DNA of 64,000 bases from an uncultured Alistipes sp. (GCA_944321175.1 CALUKI010000006.1:38265-102264), one strand, 5' to 3'. Positions 26,299 through 36,556 are shown, counted from the first letter of the stretch. Made by a program: numbers and translations. The notes: generated from the letters alone by a model not told the origin.

Positions 26299-27606
26299 TC
26301 ATTTATAACGGATCCATTTGCACATCTCGCGCAACGTCGGTTTCTTGCCGTACATGAAGATTCCCACCCGGTAAATCTTCGCCGCAACCCATACCATACC
26401 GACAAACGAGGCATAGAGCAGCACCAGCGACAGGACGATCTCCCAAGCCGGAATCCCATACGGGATACGGGCGATCATCACCACCGGCGAGGTAAGGGGG
26501 ATGATCGAGAACCAGAAAGCCAGCGAAGAGTTGGGGTCGTTCAAAAGCGACATCTCGGCAAAAAAGGCCAACATGATCGGGATCATGACCGGCATTTGCA
26601 GCTGTGCGGCATCCTGGGCGTTGTCCACCGCCGAACCGACGGCGGCAAACATCGCGCAATAGAGCAGGCAGCCGCCGACGATAAAGAGCAGCAGATAGCC
26701 GAACAGCGATGCCAGATATCCGATATCGGTGGCAACGGCCAATGCACCCAACATGTCGGGATCGAAGGAGGCCATCATTGCCGCATCACCGCCCTGCTGC
26801 ACGAATCTGGCAGCGGCCATCGCACCGTCGGGAAGAACCAGCGGCATGACGGCCGGGCCGATTCCGCAGGCCAGCACGCCCCAGATCGCCACCTGTACGA
26901 CCGCGACGAGCACAACGCCCAGAATCTTGCCCATCATCAGGTCGAAGGGACGCACCGAAGAGACGATTACCTCCAGCACGCGCGAAGATTTCTCTTCGAT
27001 GACACTCTGCATCACCATCGCCCCATACGCCATCAGAAACATGTAGAGAATCAGCCCCAGCGCCATTCCCAGCACCGTAGCGATGGACGACGATCCCGAC
27101 GAGGGGAGATCCCCGTCATTGCGGATTACCTGCATGTGCACGTCGGTTTTCACCTCGGCAAGGATGCGGTCGAGATTCTCGATCCGGTAGGATTGCAGCT
27201 TCTCTTTTTCGAGAATACCGGCGATCTGGCCGCGCACCTCCTCTTCGAGCATCATCGATGACGCGGCATTGGTATAGAGCTGCACGTCGGAAGGATCCGC
27301 CAGGATATCGGCACCGATTGCCAATACGCCGAACTTGTCTGTCATCACGCGCCGCGCCGTATCGACCGGAATATCCGACCGTTCGAAATGGACGCTTTCG
27401 GTATCCGTCAGTTGCGGGGCAACCACGCCGCTGCGGTCGATGACGACGATCGTCTTGGCATCACCCGCCACATAACTCATCATCAACGCCGGAGCCAGCA
27501 TCAGCCCAAGCATCAGCAACGGCATCAGCAGCGTTGTTACGATAAACGACTTTTTACGGACGCGTTCGTTGAACTCGCGCTCCACGATCAACAGCATATC
27601 GGACAT
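26299..27606 (-). CDS. ABC-2 exporter permease (NatB-like)
   Basis: REFNERVRKKSF, EEKSSRVLEVIVSSVRP, GKILG; paired with the upstream ATPase. Confidence 0.92.
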   Translation of the reverse strand: MSDMLLIVEREFNERVRKKSFIVTTLLMPLLMLGLMLAPALMMSYVAGDAKTIVVIDRSGVVAPQLTDTESVHFERSDIPVDTARRVMTDKFGVLAIGADILADPSDVQLYTNAASSMMLEEEVRGQIAGILEKEKLQSYRIENLDRILAEVKTDVHMQVIRNDGDLPSSGSSSIATVLGMALGLILYMFLMAYGAMVMQSVIEEKSSRVLEVIVSSVRPFDLMMGKILGVVLVAVVQVAIWGVLACGIGPAVMPLVLPDGAMAAARFVQQGGDAAMMASFDPDMLGALAVATDIGYLASLFGYLLLFIVGGCLLYCAMFAAVGSAVDNAQDAAQLQMPVMIPIMLAFFAEMSLLNDPNSSLAFWFSIIPLTSPVVMIARIPYGIPAWEIVLSLVLLYASFVGMVWVAAKIYRVGIFMYGKKPTLREMCKWIRYK

Positions 27607-27832
27607 AATCTCTTCTCCTTTCGAATCTTTTCTGTCGTCCCAACCCCGCACCGTCCGGCACGGAGGGCCCTAACCGGCGGCTGTGACGACAACCAATCTT
27701 TTATTTTCTGCAGGCCCCGCTTCCCGAAGACGGATTGCAGGGGAGCAGCCCCGGCGCCGTTTCGGCAAAACGGGTTGCCGGCTCTTCGTCCCCCCCCCGT
27801 CCATTCGTCCGGACACGGCCGCCAGCGGGACA

Positions 27833-28810
27833 TCACAAGGTTCCGTTGACCGCCCGGATGAAGATGTCGTTCATCGACGGGATCTCTTCGGCAAACGAGC
27901 GCAGGGCGACCGCTTCGTTGGCCGCCGCAATGACGGCATGCAACGCCTTGTCGTCGGCGACATGAATTGTCAACGACCGCAATGCCGCCGGTGCCCTGAG
28001 GGTTGGAGCGGCATCCTGCGCTCCGTCGGCGGGAGGTTCGGCATCCCCATCGGTTGCGACGACCTCGCAGCGCCCCGCCAAAGCGCTCCGCAGCGCCGGC
28101 TCATCGCCCCGATATTCGAGCCGGAAAAGGTTCTGGCCATGCCGGCGCCGGATCTCCGCCACTGCGCCCGAAAGAATATTGCGCGATCGGTTGATCAAAG
28201 TGATATGGTCACACACCTCTTCGACCGACGACATGTTGTGCGTCGAAAAGATCACCGTCGCCCCCCGGTCGCGCAAAGCGAGAATCTCCTCCTTCAACAA
28301 ATTCGCATTGATCGGATCGAACCCGGAAAAAGGCTCGTCGAAGATCAACAGTTCGGGTTCATGCAGCACCGTCACGATGAACTGCACCTTCTGGGCCATT
28401 CCCTTCGACAACTCCTCGACACGGCGGTTCCACCACGATGCGATGTCGAAACGGTCGAACCACATCCGCAACCGGCGCGTCGCCTCATTGCGCGAAAGGC
28501 CCTTCAAACGGGCGAAGAACAACGCCTGTTCCCCCACCTTCATCTTCTTGTAGAGGCCCCGCTCTTCGGGCAGATAACCGATATGCCGCACATCGGACGG
28601 CGCAAGCGGATGCCCGTCGAAAAAAACAGCGCCCCGGTCGGGGGCCGTTATCCGGTTGATGATACGGATCAGCGTGGTCTTGCCGGCACCGTTGGGGCCC
28701 AGCAGCCCATAAACCGATCCGCGCGGAACGGAAATCGACACATCGTCCAGAGCCGTATGGCCGGCATACCGTTTCGACACATGCTCGGCATGCAAAAGAA
28801 AGTCTTCCAT
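27833..28810 (-). CDS. ABC-2 exporter ATP-binding subunit
   Basis: GPNGAGKT, LSKGMAQK, LIFDEPFSG; TATATTTG element at 28830-28837. Confidence 0.96.
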   Translation of the reverse strand: MEDFLLHAEHVSKRYAGHTALDDVSISVPRGSVYGLLGPNGAGKTTLIRIINRITAPDRGAVFFDGHPLAPSDVRHIGYLPEERGLYKKMKVGEQALFFARLKGLSRNEATRRLRMWFDRFDIASWWNRRVEELSKGMAQKVQFIVTVLHEPELLIFDEPFSGFDPINANLLKEEILALRDRGATVIFSTHNMSSVEEVCDHITLINRSRNILSGAVAEIRRRHGQNLFRLEYRGDEPALRSALAGRCEVVATDGDAEPPADGAQDAAPTLRAPAALRSLTIHVADDKALHAVIAAANEAVALRSFAEEIPSMNDIFIRAVNGTL

Positions 28811-29092
28811 CGGCGGAAAAATTATTTGCAAATATAGGGATTTTTGGGAGCCCACACCCAACAGACCGCATAAAAAAATTCAGCGCGGCCGTTGTTGCCC
28901 CGTACCTTCCGGAACTCCGCCTTGCGCGGCCCCCATAGCCCGAAGACGGAAAGCCCCCGGACAGCCGAATCGCGGGAACCGGTCCGGAAGGGAGGGGCTC
29001 CGGCGCCGCAGGATTCGGCCGAAAAACGCAAATATCCCTCCGGCAAGACAATTAAATTGTCAAATTATATTTTGAACCCTCCGCTTTTTCGC

Positions 29093-29100
29093 TATCTTTG
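29093..29100 (+). promoter_or_regulatory. -7 promoter element (TATCTTTG) for the DUF4988-type lipoprotein gene
   Basis: TAnnTTTG with a TTTG at 29071-29074. Confidence 0.6.
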
Positions 29101-29152
29101 TGTCCGTTTGTTGCCCGGACAAATTCCATTTACACAAAATATTCTTTGCCTT

Positions 29153-31390
29153 ATGAAAAAACTCTTTCTACTCCTTGCGGGTTTCGGCATGCTGACAGCC
29201 GGATGCAGCGACTCGTATGACGACTCCGAACTCGTCAAGCGCATGGACGAGTTCGAGCAACGCCTTCAGAAACTCGAACAGCTCTGCAACAGCATGAACA
29301 CGAACCTCTCCTCCATGCAGAGTATCGTCACCGCCCTCGAAAAGGGGGATTACATAACCTCCGTCGAGCCGCTCACCGAGAACGGGGCCGTCGTCGGCTA
29401 CACGATCAAGTTCGCCAAGAGCACGCCCATCGTCATCTATCACGGTGAGGACGGCGCGTCGCCCGTCATCGCGATCAAACAGGATACGGACGGAACCTAT
29501 TACTGGACGCTCAACGGCGAATGGCTTACCGACGCCGGGGGGGGGAAGCTTCCCGTTGCCGGGAAAGACGGCATGACGCCCAAGCTGAAGATCGAAGAGG
29601 AGTATTGGTACATCTCCTATGACGACGGAAAGACATGGACAAAGCTCGACAAGGCGACCGGTGACGGCATCCAGATCGAGATGGACGAAAACTACGTCTA
29701 TTTCATCCTGCCGGACGGGACAAAGATCACCGTACCCACCGTCAAGCCCTTCGACATGACGCTTTCCGGCGCCGAGCCGCAAAGCTTCACAATCGACATC
29801 AAGGCCCGCGACGGGCAGCAAAACTATTATGTCGGAGTTACCACCCGTACCGAATTCGAAAAACTGGAGTCGCCGGCGGCCGTTGCCGAGGCATTCATCC
29901 AGCTCGAAGAGCAAAACGGCCAAGTCGATTGGAGTGTCGCCGACGGCCAACTCGTTCACAAAGGGGACAAGAGCATCGAAGCCGGAGCCGTCTGGAACCT
30001 GAAGCCCAAGACGGAATATGCAGTCATGGTCTTCGGCGTCACGGCCGAGGGTGAAGTTGCGACAGATCCCGTTTACGGATTCATCACCACAACCGAGGTC
30101 CAGCCTTCGACCAACCGGATCAGCGTGACGGTAGAGCCCGGCACGGCCGTCGTGAAGGTCGAAACGACCAACTCCGACCCCTACTTCCTCAACTGCATCG
30201 AAGCCGACCGTATCGAGGGCTATCCGCTCGACCAGCTGGCTCAGCACATGATCGGTATCTACGGCATGGCGCTCGACCAGTGCATCGAGACGGGGAACGT
30301 GGAGCGGGATTTCACCCCCATCCTCGATGAAGATACCGACTACTGCGCCGTAGCGTTCGGCTGCGTGGCCGGTTATCCGACGACCGATGTCGTTGTCGTC
30401 GAGTTCCACACCCCCGGCGGAGGACTGGTGCCGCAGGACTGCACCTTCGAGTCGCAGGTAACCGACCTCAATGCAACGGGCGGAACCGTTACCGTAACGC
30501 CGTCAAACCCCGAAACGTCCTACTTCTGGCAGGTTTACAACAAGGTGCTCATTGACAGCTATGCCGACAAGGGCGGTGCCGCCGCGCTGATGAACGACGG
30601 TCTGGCCATCATTGCCGAGGCGCTCTCGGAACAATACGGATTCGAAATCACGGTCGAGGCGGCTGCCGGCATGGTTACCACAACCGGCACCGACCAGTTC
30701 ACCTACTTCGAGCAGTGGGATCCCGATACGGAGTATTGCGTCGTAGCCGTGGGGCTCGACGACAAGGCCCGCCAGACGACCGATGTCTATGTCTCGGAAC
30801 CCTTCCGCACGCTCGCCGAATCGACCGTCGATCTGCAACCGATGGCCTGCACGATCACGCTCAACTCCGTTACGGAAGAGGGGCTCAACATGACGGTCAT
30901 CCCCGAAGACAAGCAGATGACCTATGTCGGCATGGTCGGTGAGGCCGATTTCCTCATGGAGTATCCCTCCGACAACGACTACCTGATCGATGATCTGGCC
31001 ATGTGGAAAGAGATGGCCTCTGCAGAGACAATGAGCGCCGCAGAAATGTTCGACATGTTCGGGCTCTTCCTGCAGGGAGACCAGACCTTCACGATTCCCA
31101 ACCTCGACCTCGGCATCAGTTTCGACCCCGGCACGACCTATGTGGCCTACGCTTACGGTCTGAGCGAGGCGGATGTCCTGACGACCGGCATGCAGAGTGT
31201 CTTCTTTACGGTCGATGAGAGCGGAACGATCACGACCGTCGCAGCGCCGACCCGCCCGGCCAACCGTCCGGTTGCCCTTCCCAAGACGCTCGACCGCCGT
31301 TTTGCCGGATGCCGCCCCGCAACGGCTGCCGCACGGCCCGCAATGCCCGACGCGCCCCTTGCAAAGCGGAACCCCGCGACATTCGAATAG
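29153..31390 (+). CDS. Surface lipoprotein, DUF4988/PL29-N-like stalk plus four FN3-like repeats
   Basis: Lipobox TAGC then SDSYDDSEL, coiled coil, GEDG/GKDG, YYWTLNGEWL, and repeated L.P.T.Y...(F/Y)G units. Confidence 0.85.
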   Translation: MKKLFLLLAGFGMLTAGCSDSYDDSELVKRMDEFEQRLQKLEQLCNSMNTNLSSMQSIVTALEKGDYITSVEPLTENGAVVGYTIKFAKSTPIVIYHGEDGASPVIAIKQDTDGTYYWTLNGEWLTDAGGGKLPVAGKDGMTPKLKIEEEYWYISYDDGKTWTKLDKATGDGIQIEMDENYVYFILPDGTKITVPTVKPFDMTLSGAEPQSFTIDIKARDGQQNYYVGVTTRTEFEKLESPAAVAEAFIQLEEQNGQVDWSVADGQLVHKGDKSIEAGAVWNLKPKTEYAVMVFGVTAEGEVATDPVYGFITTTEVQPSTNRISVTVEPGTAVVKVETTNSDPYFLNCIEADRIEGYPLDQLAQHMIGIYGMALDQCIETGNVERDFTPILDEDTDYCAVAFGCVAGYPTTDVVVVEFHTPGGGLVPQDCTFESQVTDLNATGGTVTVTPSNPETSYFWQVYNKVLIDSYADKGGAAALMNDGLAIIAEALSEQYGFEITVEAAAGMVTTTGTDQFTYFEQWDPDTEYCVVAVGLDDKARQTTDVYVSEPFRTLAESTVDLQPMACTITLNSVTEEGLNMTVIPEDKQMTYVGMVGEADFLMEYPSDNDYLIDDLAMWKEMASAETMSAAEMFDMFGLFLQGDQTFTIPNLDLGISFDPGTTYVAYAYGLSEADVLTTGMQSVFFTVDESGTITTVAAPTRPANRPVALPKTLDRRFAGCRPATAAARPAMPDAPLAKRNPATFE

Positions 31391-31475
31391 GCGGATTCTG
31401 AAACCGATTCCCGCAGCCAACGGATTGATTTTCCAATTCTTCGGCTGCGGGAATTTGTTTTTGCGATTTTTTCGC

Positions 31476-31483
31476 TATCTTTG
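31476..31483 (+). promoter_or_regulatory. -7 promoter element (TATCTTTG) for rplY-pth
   Basis: TAnnTTTG with an upstream TTTG at 31454-31457. Confidence 0.7.
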
Positions 31484-31497
31484 CACTCCGAAAGCAA

Positions 31498-31536
31498 GCG
31501 CCGAGGGGGCCTGCACGAGGCAGGACTGAGCGGCGC
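31498..31536 (+). promoter_or_regulatory. Structured 5' leader of rplY (candidate ribosomal-protein leader)
   Basis: GCGCCG/CGGCGC stem, 6x6 internal loop, CCTGC/GCAGG hairpin. Confidence 0.45.
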
Positions 31537-31564
31537 CCAAGGTAACAACTAACTAATTTTCATC

Positions 31565-32137
31565 ATGCAAGTCATCAAAATCGAAACCACGCCGCGTGCC
31601 GATTTCGGCAAGAAGGCCAGCCGTGCCCTGCGTCGTGAGGGACTCGTTCCCGGCGTCCTCTACGGAGGAGGCGAAACCGTATCGTTCACCGTCAGCGCCA
31701 AGGCGCTCAAACCGCTCATCTACACGCCCAACTCCTATATCGTAGAGCTGGTAATCGACGGAAAAACCGAGAAGGCCGTCATGCGTGAGGTGCAGTTCCA
31801 CCCCGTGCGTGAAGAGATTCTCCACATCGACTTCTACCGCGTACAGGAGGGAAAACCCGTAGCAATCACCGTTCCGGTACGTCTGACGGGCAATGCCGAA
31901 GGTGTAAAGGTCGGCGGCAAACTCGTGCTCTCGACCCGCAAGCTCGTCGTAAGCGGCATGGTTGACAAACTGCCCGACGAGATTACGGTCGATGTAACGT
32001 CGCTCGGTGTCGGCAAGACCATCTTCGTAGGCGACCTCAAGTCCGACGACCTGAAGTTCCTCACGCCGGCGACAACCGCCATCTGTGCCGTACGCGTAAC
32101 GCGTGCTTCGCGCAGCGTCGATCAGGCCGCACAGTAA
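31565..32137 (+). CDS. rplY: 50S ribosomal protein bL25 (Ctc form)
   Basis: GKKASRALRREGLVPGVLYG, QFHPV, HIDFY, plus C-terminal Ctc domain. Confidence 0.97.
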   Translation: MQVIKIETTPRADFGKKASRALRREGLVPGVLYGGGETVSFTVSAKALKPLIYTPNSYIVELVIDGKTEKAVMREVQFHPVREEILHIDFYRVQEGKPVAITVPVRLTGNAEGVKVGGKLVLSTRKLVVSGMVDKLPDEITVDVTSLGVGKTIFVGDLKSDDLKFLTPATTAICAVRVTRASRSVDQAAQ

Positions 32138-32271
32138 CCGAATCGGGGGAGGGCCGGACGAAGCACGCAAGCGGCGGCGGAGTTGCGCGACGGCGGAGCC
32201 CTGCGGCCCGGTGCGCGAAAAGGCAGAGAACCTCCTCACGGAAACACGCAGAGGATTAAACGTTACAAACG

Positions 32272-32835
32272 ATGAAATACCTCGTTGTCGGGCTGGGCAA
32301 CATCGGTGCAGAGTACGCCGACACCCGCCACAACATCGGATTCAAGGTGTTGGACTGCCTGGCCGGGCAGTCCAACATCGTTTTTACCACAGGACGCTAC
32401 GGCGCAACGGCGGAGTTGCGCCATAAGGGCCGTACGCTTCTTCTGCTCAAGCCCTCGACCTACATGAACCTCTCAGGGAAAGCCGTCCGCTACTGGATGG
32501 AGGCGGAGAAGATCCCGCTCGAAAACCTGCTCGTCGTAGTCGATGACATCGCCCTTCCCTTCGGGACGCTGCGCATGCGGACAAAAGGGAGCGCCGGAGG
32601 GCACAACGGGCTGAAAAACATCTCCGAACTCTTGGGGACAGAGGATTATGCCCGCATCCGGTTCGGGATCGGCGGAGACTTCGCGCGCGGGCATCAGGTC
32701 GATTATGTATTGGGCAGCTGGACCGACGAAGAGCGCAAGCTCCTGCCCGAACGGCTGAAACTCTTTGCCGACGCGGTTCTGTCATTTGCAACCATCGGAG
32801 CCGAACGCACGATGAACCTCTACAACAAACGATGA
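32272..32835 (+). CDS. pth: Peptidyl-tRNA hydrolase
   Basis: [33 protein letters not shown]. Confidence 0.98.
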   Translation: MKYLVVGLGNIGAEYADTRHNIGFKVLDCLAGQSNIVFTTGRYGATAELRHKGRTLLLLKPSTYMNLSGKAVRYWMEAEKIPLENLLVVVDDIALPFGTLRMRTKGSAGGHNGLKNISELLGTEDYARIRFGIGGDFARGHQVDYVLGSWTDEERKLLPERLKLFADAVLSFATIGAERTMNLYNKR

Positions 32836-32923
32836 GCGGCGGCAGGAGCCGCACTCCTTTCCGTCAGGGGCTGCCGGCGGCGGCAATCGCCACGCATGGC
32901 CCGATCCGGAAGGTAATGATGCA

Positions 32924-32959
32924 AAAAACAGCCCCGATCTTGTGATCGGGGCTGTTTTT
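32924..32959. terminator. Bidirectional intrinsic terminator between pth and the second DUF4988-type gene
   Basis: AAAAACAGCCCCGATC-ttgt-GATCGGGGCTGTTTTT. Confidence 0.85.
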
Positions 32960-32971
32960 CCGCTGTATCCC

Positions 32972-35125
32972 TCAACGAAGCCGCATCAGTTTGGGAACGG
33001 ACGATGTGGCAGGAGGCGTATCGGATCCCGCCTCGGTGAGAACCCGCACCACCTTGAGCGGCGTCGTAATCACCCCGTCCGGCGTACAGCCGTAGGCATA
33101 GACCACATATCCCGTCGAAGCCCACAGGTTCTCGGCCCTCAGCACGGCATCTCCCGTGAGCAGTTCATCCGACAGCGTCCGGCCCTCCGTCAGGTTGTAC
33201 TCCGTCCAAAAGAGGTCGTCGGCCGCAAACTGCATATCGTCTTCGAAGTCATAATACGACGAACTCGTGTCGAGGTGGCACATGTAGGTCAGAGCCGGAT
33301 TCGACGGCTTGACCCTAATGTCCAGATTCTGGCGCGAAACCGTTACATCCAGATCGAACGTGCAGCTCTCCGTCGGCACGAAAGCCGGCGTATGGAACTC
33401 CTTCTTCACGACATCCGTGCGAACCTCCTTTTCGTCCACACCGAACACGATCAGGCAATAGTCCGTATCGGGAACCAGCGGCCGCAGCGCCTCCGAAGCC
33501 AGCTGGTTCTCCCGAATCCATACCCTGGGCACCGACATGTGCTGCGTGCCCGTCGAGGAGAGATCCGTCCATTTGATCGTCTGATCCATGTACAGCTCGT
33601 CGTAATAACGCTCCTCGTAGGACTTGACATAAGCCGCCGCAACCTCCGCATCGGAGAGCGTACCGCCATCCTCGCCCGTAAAGGCCGAGTGCTTGACGAT
33701 TCCGTGGAAATAGTGCAGGTCATCGCTCGGAACGACATCGTACTCCGCGCCGTACCATGTAAGTTGGTCGAGACTGACCCGATATCTGGTATTGACGACC
33801 ACCGGAGCCGTCGTCTTGAACGGAACCTTCATTACCGGCGTGGAAGGATCCAGCACACCGTCCTCCTTGTTCTCTTCAAGGCCGAAAGCGATCAGGTAAT
33901 AGGACTCTCCGGCCGTCAACGGCGTCGAAGCCAGCGAAACGAAATTATACGTCCCCGTATGCATGTACATGTCACGATAATAGTCCCACATGCCGTACGC
34001 AAAATAATAGTCGAACATCGCCTTCAGCTCGTTGACAACGGCCGTCTCGCCCTTCTCGTCGAATGTTGCGGCGCTATATGCCGAAACGTAATAGGAAATC
34101 GACGGATCCTTGGCCGTAACGGTTGCCGAGACGCTTTTGTCGGTCACCTCGGTGATGTCGATCGTAAAATAGTCGCCTTCGGTCACTCCCGTCTGGCTCT
34201 TCTCCACGACGACCTCCATTTTGGCAATCGAACTGCGCTCCGCGCCGTCGGAATAGATCACGGCCACCACGCCCTCGGCCTCATAATTCTCCACGCTCTC
34301 GGCGGGCGCCGTTATGCTCAGCACATTCTCCTTGAGCGCGGCACGCCATCCGTCCGGTTTGGTCACGACGGTCTCCGCGACACCGTTGCTCTCCACCTCA
34401 TAGGTCTTTGTCTCGCCGTAAACGAAGGTCGCCGTATCGGGAGCCTTGCGCAGGATCAGATAGAAATCCGAACGCTTCGCAACCGTTATCACCGAACCGT
34501 CCGCAAGCGTAAAATAGACATTGTCGGCATCCTGCGTCACGGCACGGAAGAACGACTCCTGAATTGCCGCTTCCTCGTCCGTCACCGCCTTGACGGGATC
34601 TCCCGCAGCATCCGTAATCCGCGTCCAGACCGTACCGCCGTCATAGCTGACGATCCAATAGCCTTCGGCATCGACACCCAGCTGCGGCGGAGTCGTCTCG
34701 GCCGTGACGCGCAGTTTCCGCCCTGCATCGTCGGTCAGGAAATCGGTCGTCCCGTCACTGGTTATCGTCCAGTAATAGACGCCGTCGACCTCTTTCACGC
34801 CGATCACCGGCGCATCCTTGCCGGCGGCACCGTCCGATCCGTTCGTAATCGTCGCCTTCGTATCGTCCGAGAAGTAGATCGTATAGCTCTCGCCGTCCGT
34901 GCTTGTCTCGACTTTCACGACCGAGACGTTGGCTTCGAGTTTCCCGATCAGCGCATCCATCGTCGTGATCTCCTCGTTGAGCTTGCCCAGCTGTGTTTCA
35001 AGTGCCGCCACCCGATTCTTCAGATCCTCCAGGCCATTACGCAGCTCCGTGTCGTCGTAATCGTCCGAGCAGGCGCCCAAAGTACATAACGCCAGAGCCA
35101 TTCCCCATAGCAAAATGTGTTTCAT
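32972..35125 (-). CDS. Surface lipoprotein, DUF4988/PL29-N-like stalk plus three FN3-like repeats
   Basis: Lipobox LGAC then SDDYDDTEL, coiled coil, GSDGAAGKDAP, VYYWTI; repeats like those of the 29153 gene. Confidence 0.85.
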   Translation of the reverse strand: MKHILLWGMALALCTLGACSDDYDDTELRNGLEDLKNRVAALETQLGKLNEEITTMDALIGKLEANVSVVKVETSTDGESYTIYFSDDTKATITNGSDGAAGKDAPVIGVKEVDGVYYWTITSDGTTDFLTDDAGRKLRVTAETTPPQLGVDAEGYWIVSYDGGTVWTRITDAAGDPVKAVTDEEAAIQESFFRAVTQDADNVYFTLADGSVITVAKRSDFYLILRKAPDTATFVYGETKTYEVESNGVAETVVTKPDGWRAALKENVLSITAPAESVENYEAEGVVAVIYSDGAERSSIAKMEVVVEKSQTGVTEGDYFTIDITEVTDKSVSATVTAKDPSISYYVSAYSAATFDEKGETAVVNELKAMFDYYFAYGMWDYYRDMYMHTGTYNFVSLASTPLTAGESYYLIAFGLEENKEDGVLDPSTPVMKVPFKTTAPVVVNTRYRVSLDQLTWYGAEYDVVPSDDLHYFHGIVKHSAFTGEDGGTLSDAEVAAAYVKSYEERYYDELYMDQTIKWTDLSSTGTQHMSVPRVWIRENQLASEALRPLVPDTDYCLIVFGVDEKEVRTDVVKKEFHTPAFVPTESCTFDLDVTVSRQNLDIRVKPSNPALTYMCHLDTSSSYYDFEDDMQFAADDLFWTEYNLTEGRTLSDELLTGDAVLRAENLWASTGYVVYAYGCTPDGVITTPLKVVRVLTEAGSDTPPATSSVPKLMRLR

Positions 35126-35483
35126 ACGCAAAAATGTTTAGAATTAGTGTTAGAAATTTCGTATTTACAGGGCCGATATGAAAAACGCACATGAACGGAT
35201 TGGTAAAGTTACCCTTTCCCCTATGGAATAATTCTACCAAAACCCCCTCTTCTTTTGCCGAAAAGGCGTATTTTCGAGTGCGAGCGACGATTGAATCGGG
35301 GAAACCGGCCGGCGGATCGGATGGGTTCAACCGTTCCGAAGAGACCGGAGACGCCACGCCGCCCGATCCGCGAGAAAGGGCCAGAAAGAGAAATTTCCCG
35401 TCGGGGAGAGCCTTTGCCGGACTTCGGCCGGAACCGACAAGAACCCGTTATCTGCGGCTACGGCGCCTGCCGCGAGGGCCGTG

Positions 35484-36437
35484 TCAACCTTTCGGCGGCT
35501 TCGCGGCCTCCGGATCATCGCAGGAGGAGAATACGCCGGTGGCACGGGCTGCGGTCGGATGTATGTCTTCCGTAAGCGTCGAGTGTGGTGCGGATGAGCC
35601 GTCGATAAAACTTATCCGACCTTCGTAGCAGGCGGTATATTGTGTTCCGTCGCCCGTTTTCAGCGTGAGATCGATCCGGTAAAGATCGTTCGTGCGGACG
35701 ATTTCAACATGACCTCCGACCGTATAGAGCGGATCGAGTGCATGGCCGTCGGTGTCATGGCGAATGATACGGGTTGCCTCTGCGGAGTTGAAGGTGCCGT
35801 AGCTCGGTGTGTCGGAGAGATTGGCGGTGTAGGATCCTGAGAGCTCCAAGTCGGCAAAGGTTGTCGCCGGAAGATTCAGATCGATTACAATCGACATCGC
35901 CGGATAGTGCGGGGCGGCAGGGTCGGTCTCGCTCAGTTCAAGAAGCAGATTGTCGAGGAGGCCGGCAGCTTGCGGATTGTCGCCGAGATAACGGGCTGCG
36001 GCCTGCTCCATGACAATGGGTTCTGTCTGTGGCGGGATCTCTGCGGCGCTTTGACGGATTGTCACGGATACCGGATCGACATTCGATCCTCGCAGGGTTA
36101 CGGTTGCCTGTCTGTCTGCGGTTGTCGGATTGGGTTGTGCCGTGACGGATGCATTTCCGGAGACGACACCCCTGTTTTCGTTAACGGTCAGCCATTCCGA
36201 ATCGGACGCGGCTGACCATTCCGTATTTTTGACCGTGACCGCAAGCTGCCGTGTGCCGCCGTCGGCGTCGAAATTGAGCGTGAGGGGTTCGGCCGTCAGT
36301 ACCGCCTCTTCCGTTGGAGGATCTTTCCGAGGATCGTCGATCGGCAGCTCTGCCGTGTCCCGACAGGCTCCGAAAAGCAATGCTCCTGCAAGAAGAAGCA
36401 TGGTTACGATGTGGTTTGCCGATCGTTTGCCTGCCAT
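35484..36437 (-). CDS. BACON-domain lipoprotein, C-terminally truncated paralog of 56721..58088
   Basis: Lipobox FGAC, FDADGGTRQL...WSA...WLTV BACON pattern; stops about 140 aa earlier than its paralog; TATTTTTG element at 36459-36466. Confidence 0.75.
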   Translation of the reverse strand: MAGKRSANHIVTMLLLAGALLFGACRDTAELPIDDPRKDPPTEEAVLTAEPLTLNFDADGGTRQLAVTVKNTEWSAASDSEWLTVNENRGVVSGNASVTAQPNPTTADRQATVTLRGSNVDPVSVTIRQSAAEIPPQTEPIVMEQAAARYLGDNPQAAGLLDNLLLELSETDPAAPHYPAMSIVIDLNLPATTFADLELSGSYTANLSDTPSYGTFNSAEATRIIRHDTDGHALDPLYTVGGHVEIVRTNDLYRIDLTLKTGDGTQYTACYEGRISFIDGSSAPHSTLTEDIHPTAARATGVFSSCDDPEAAKPPKG

Positions 36438-36556
36438 GTTACGGATTCTTTTATTGTTCAAAAATAATAAAAAAAGCCCGAAAAAGAGCAGATATGGGCC
36501 TGTATTACCGAAGTCCGTCATTGAAAAACCGACGGAACCAAACCGTGCGATAAAAG

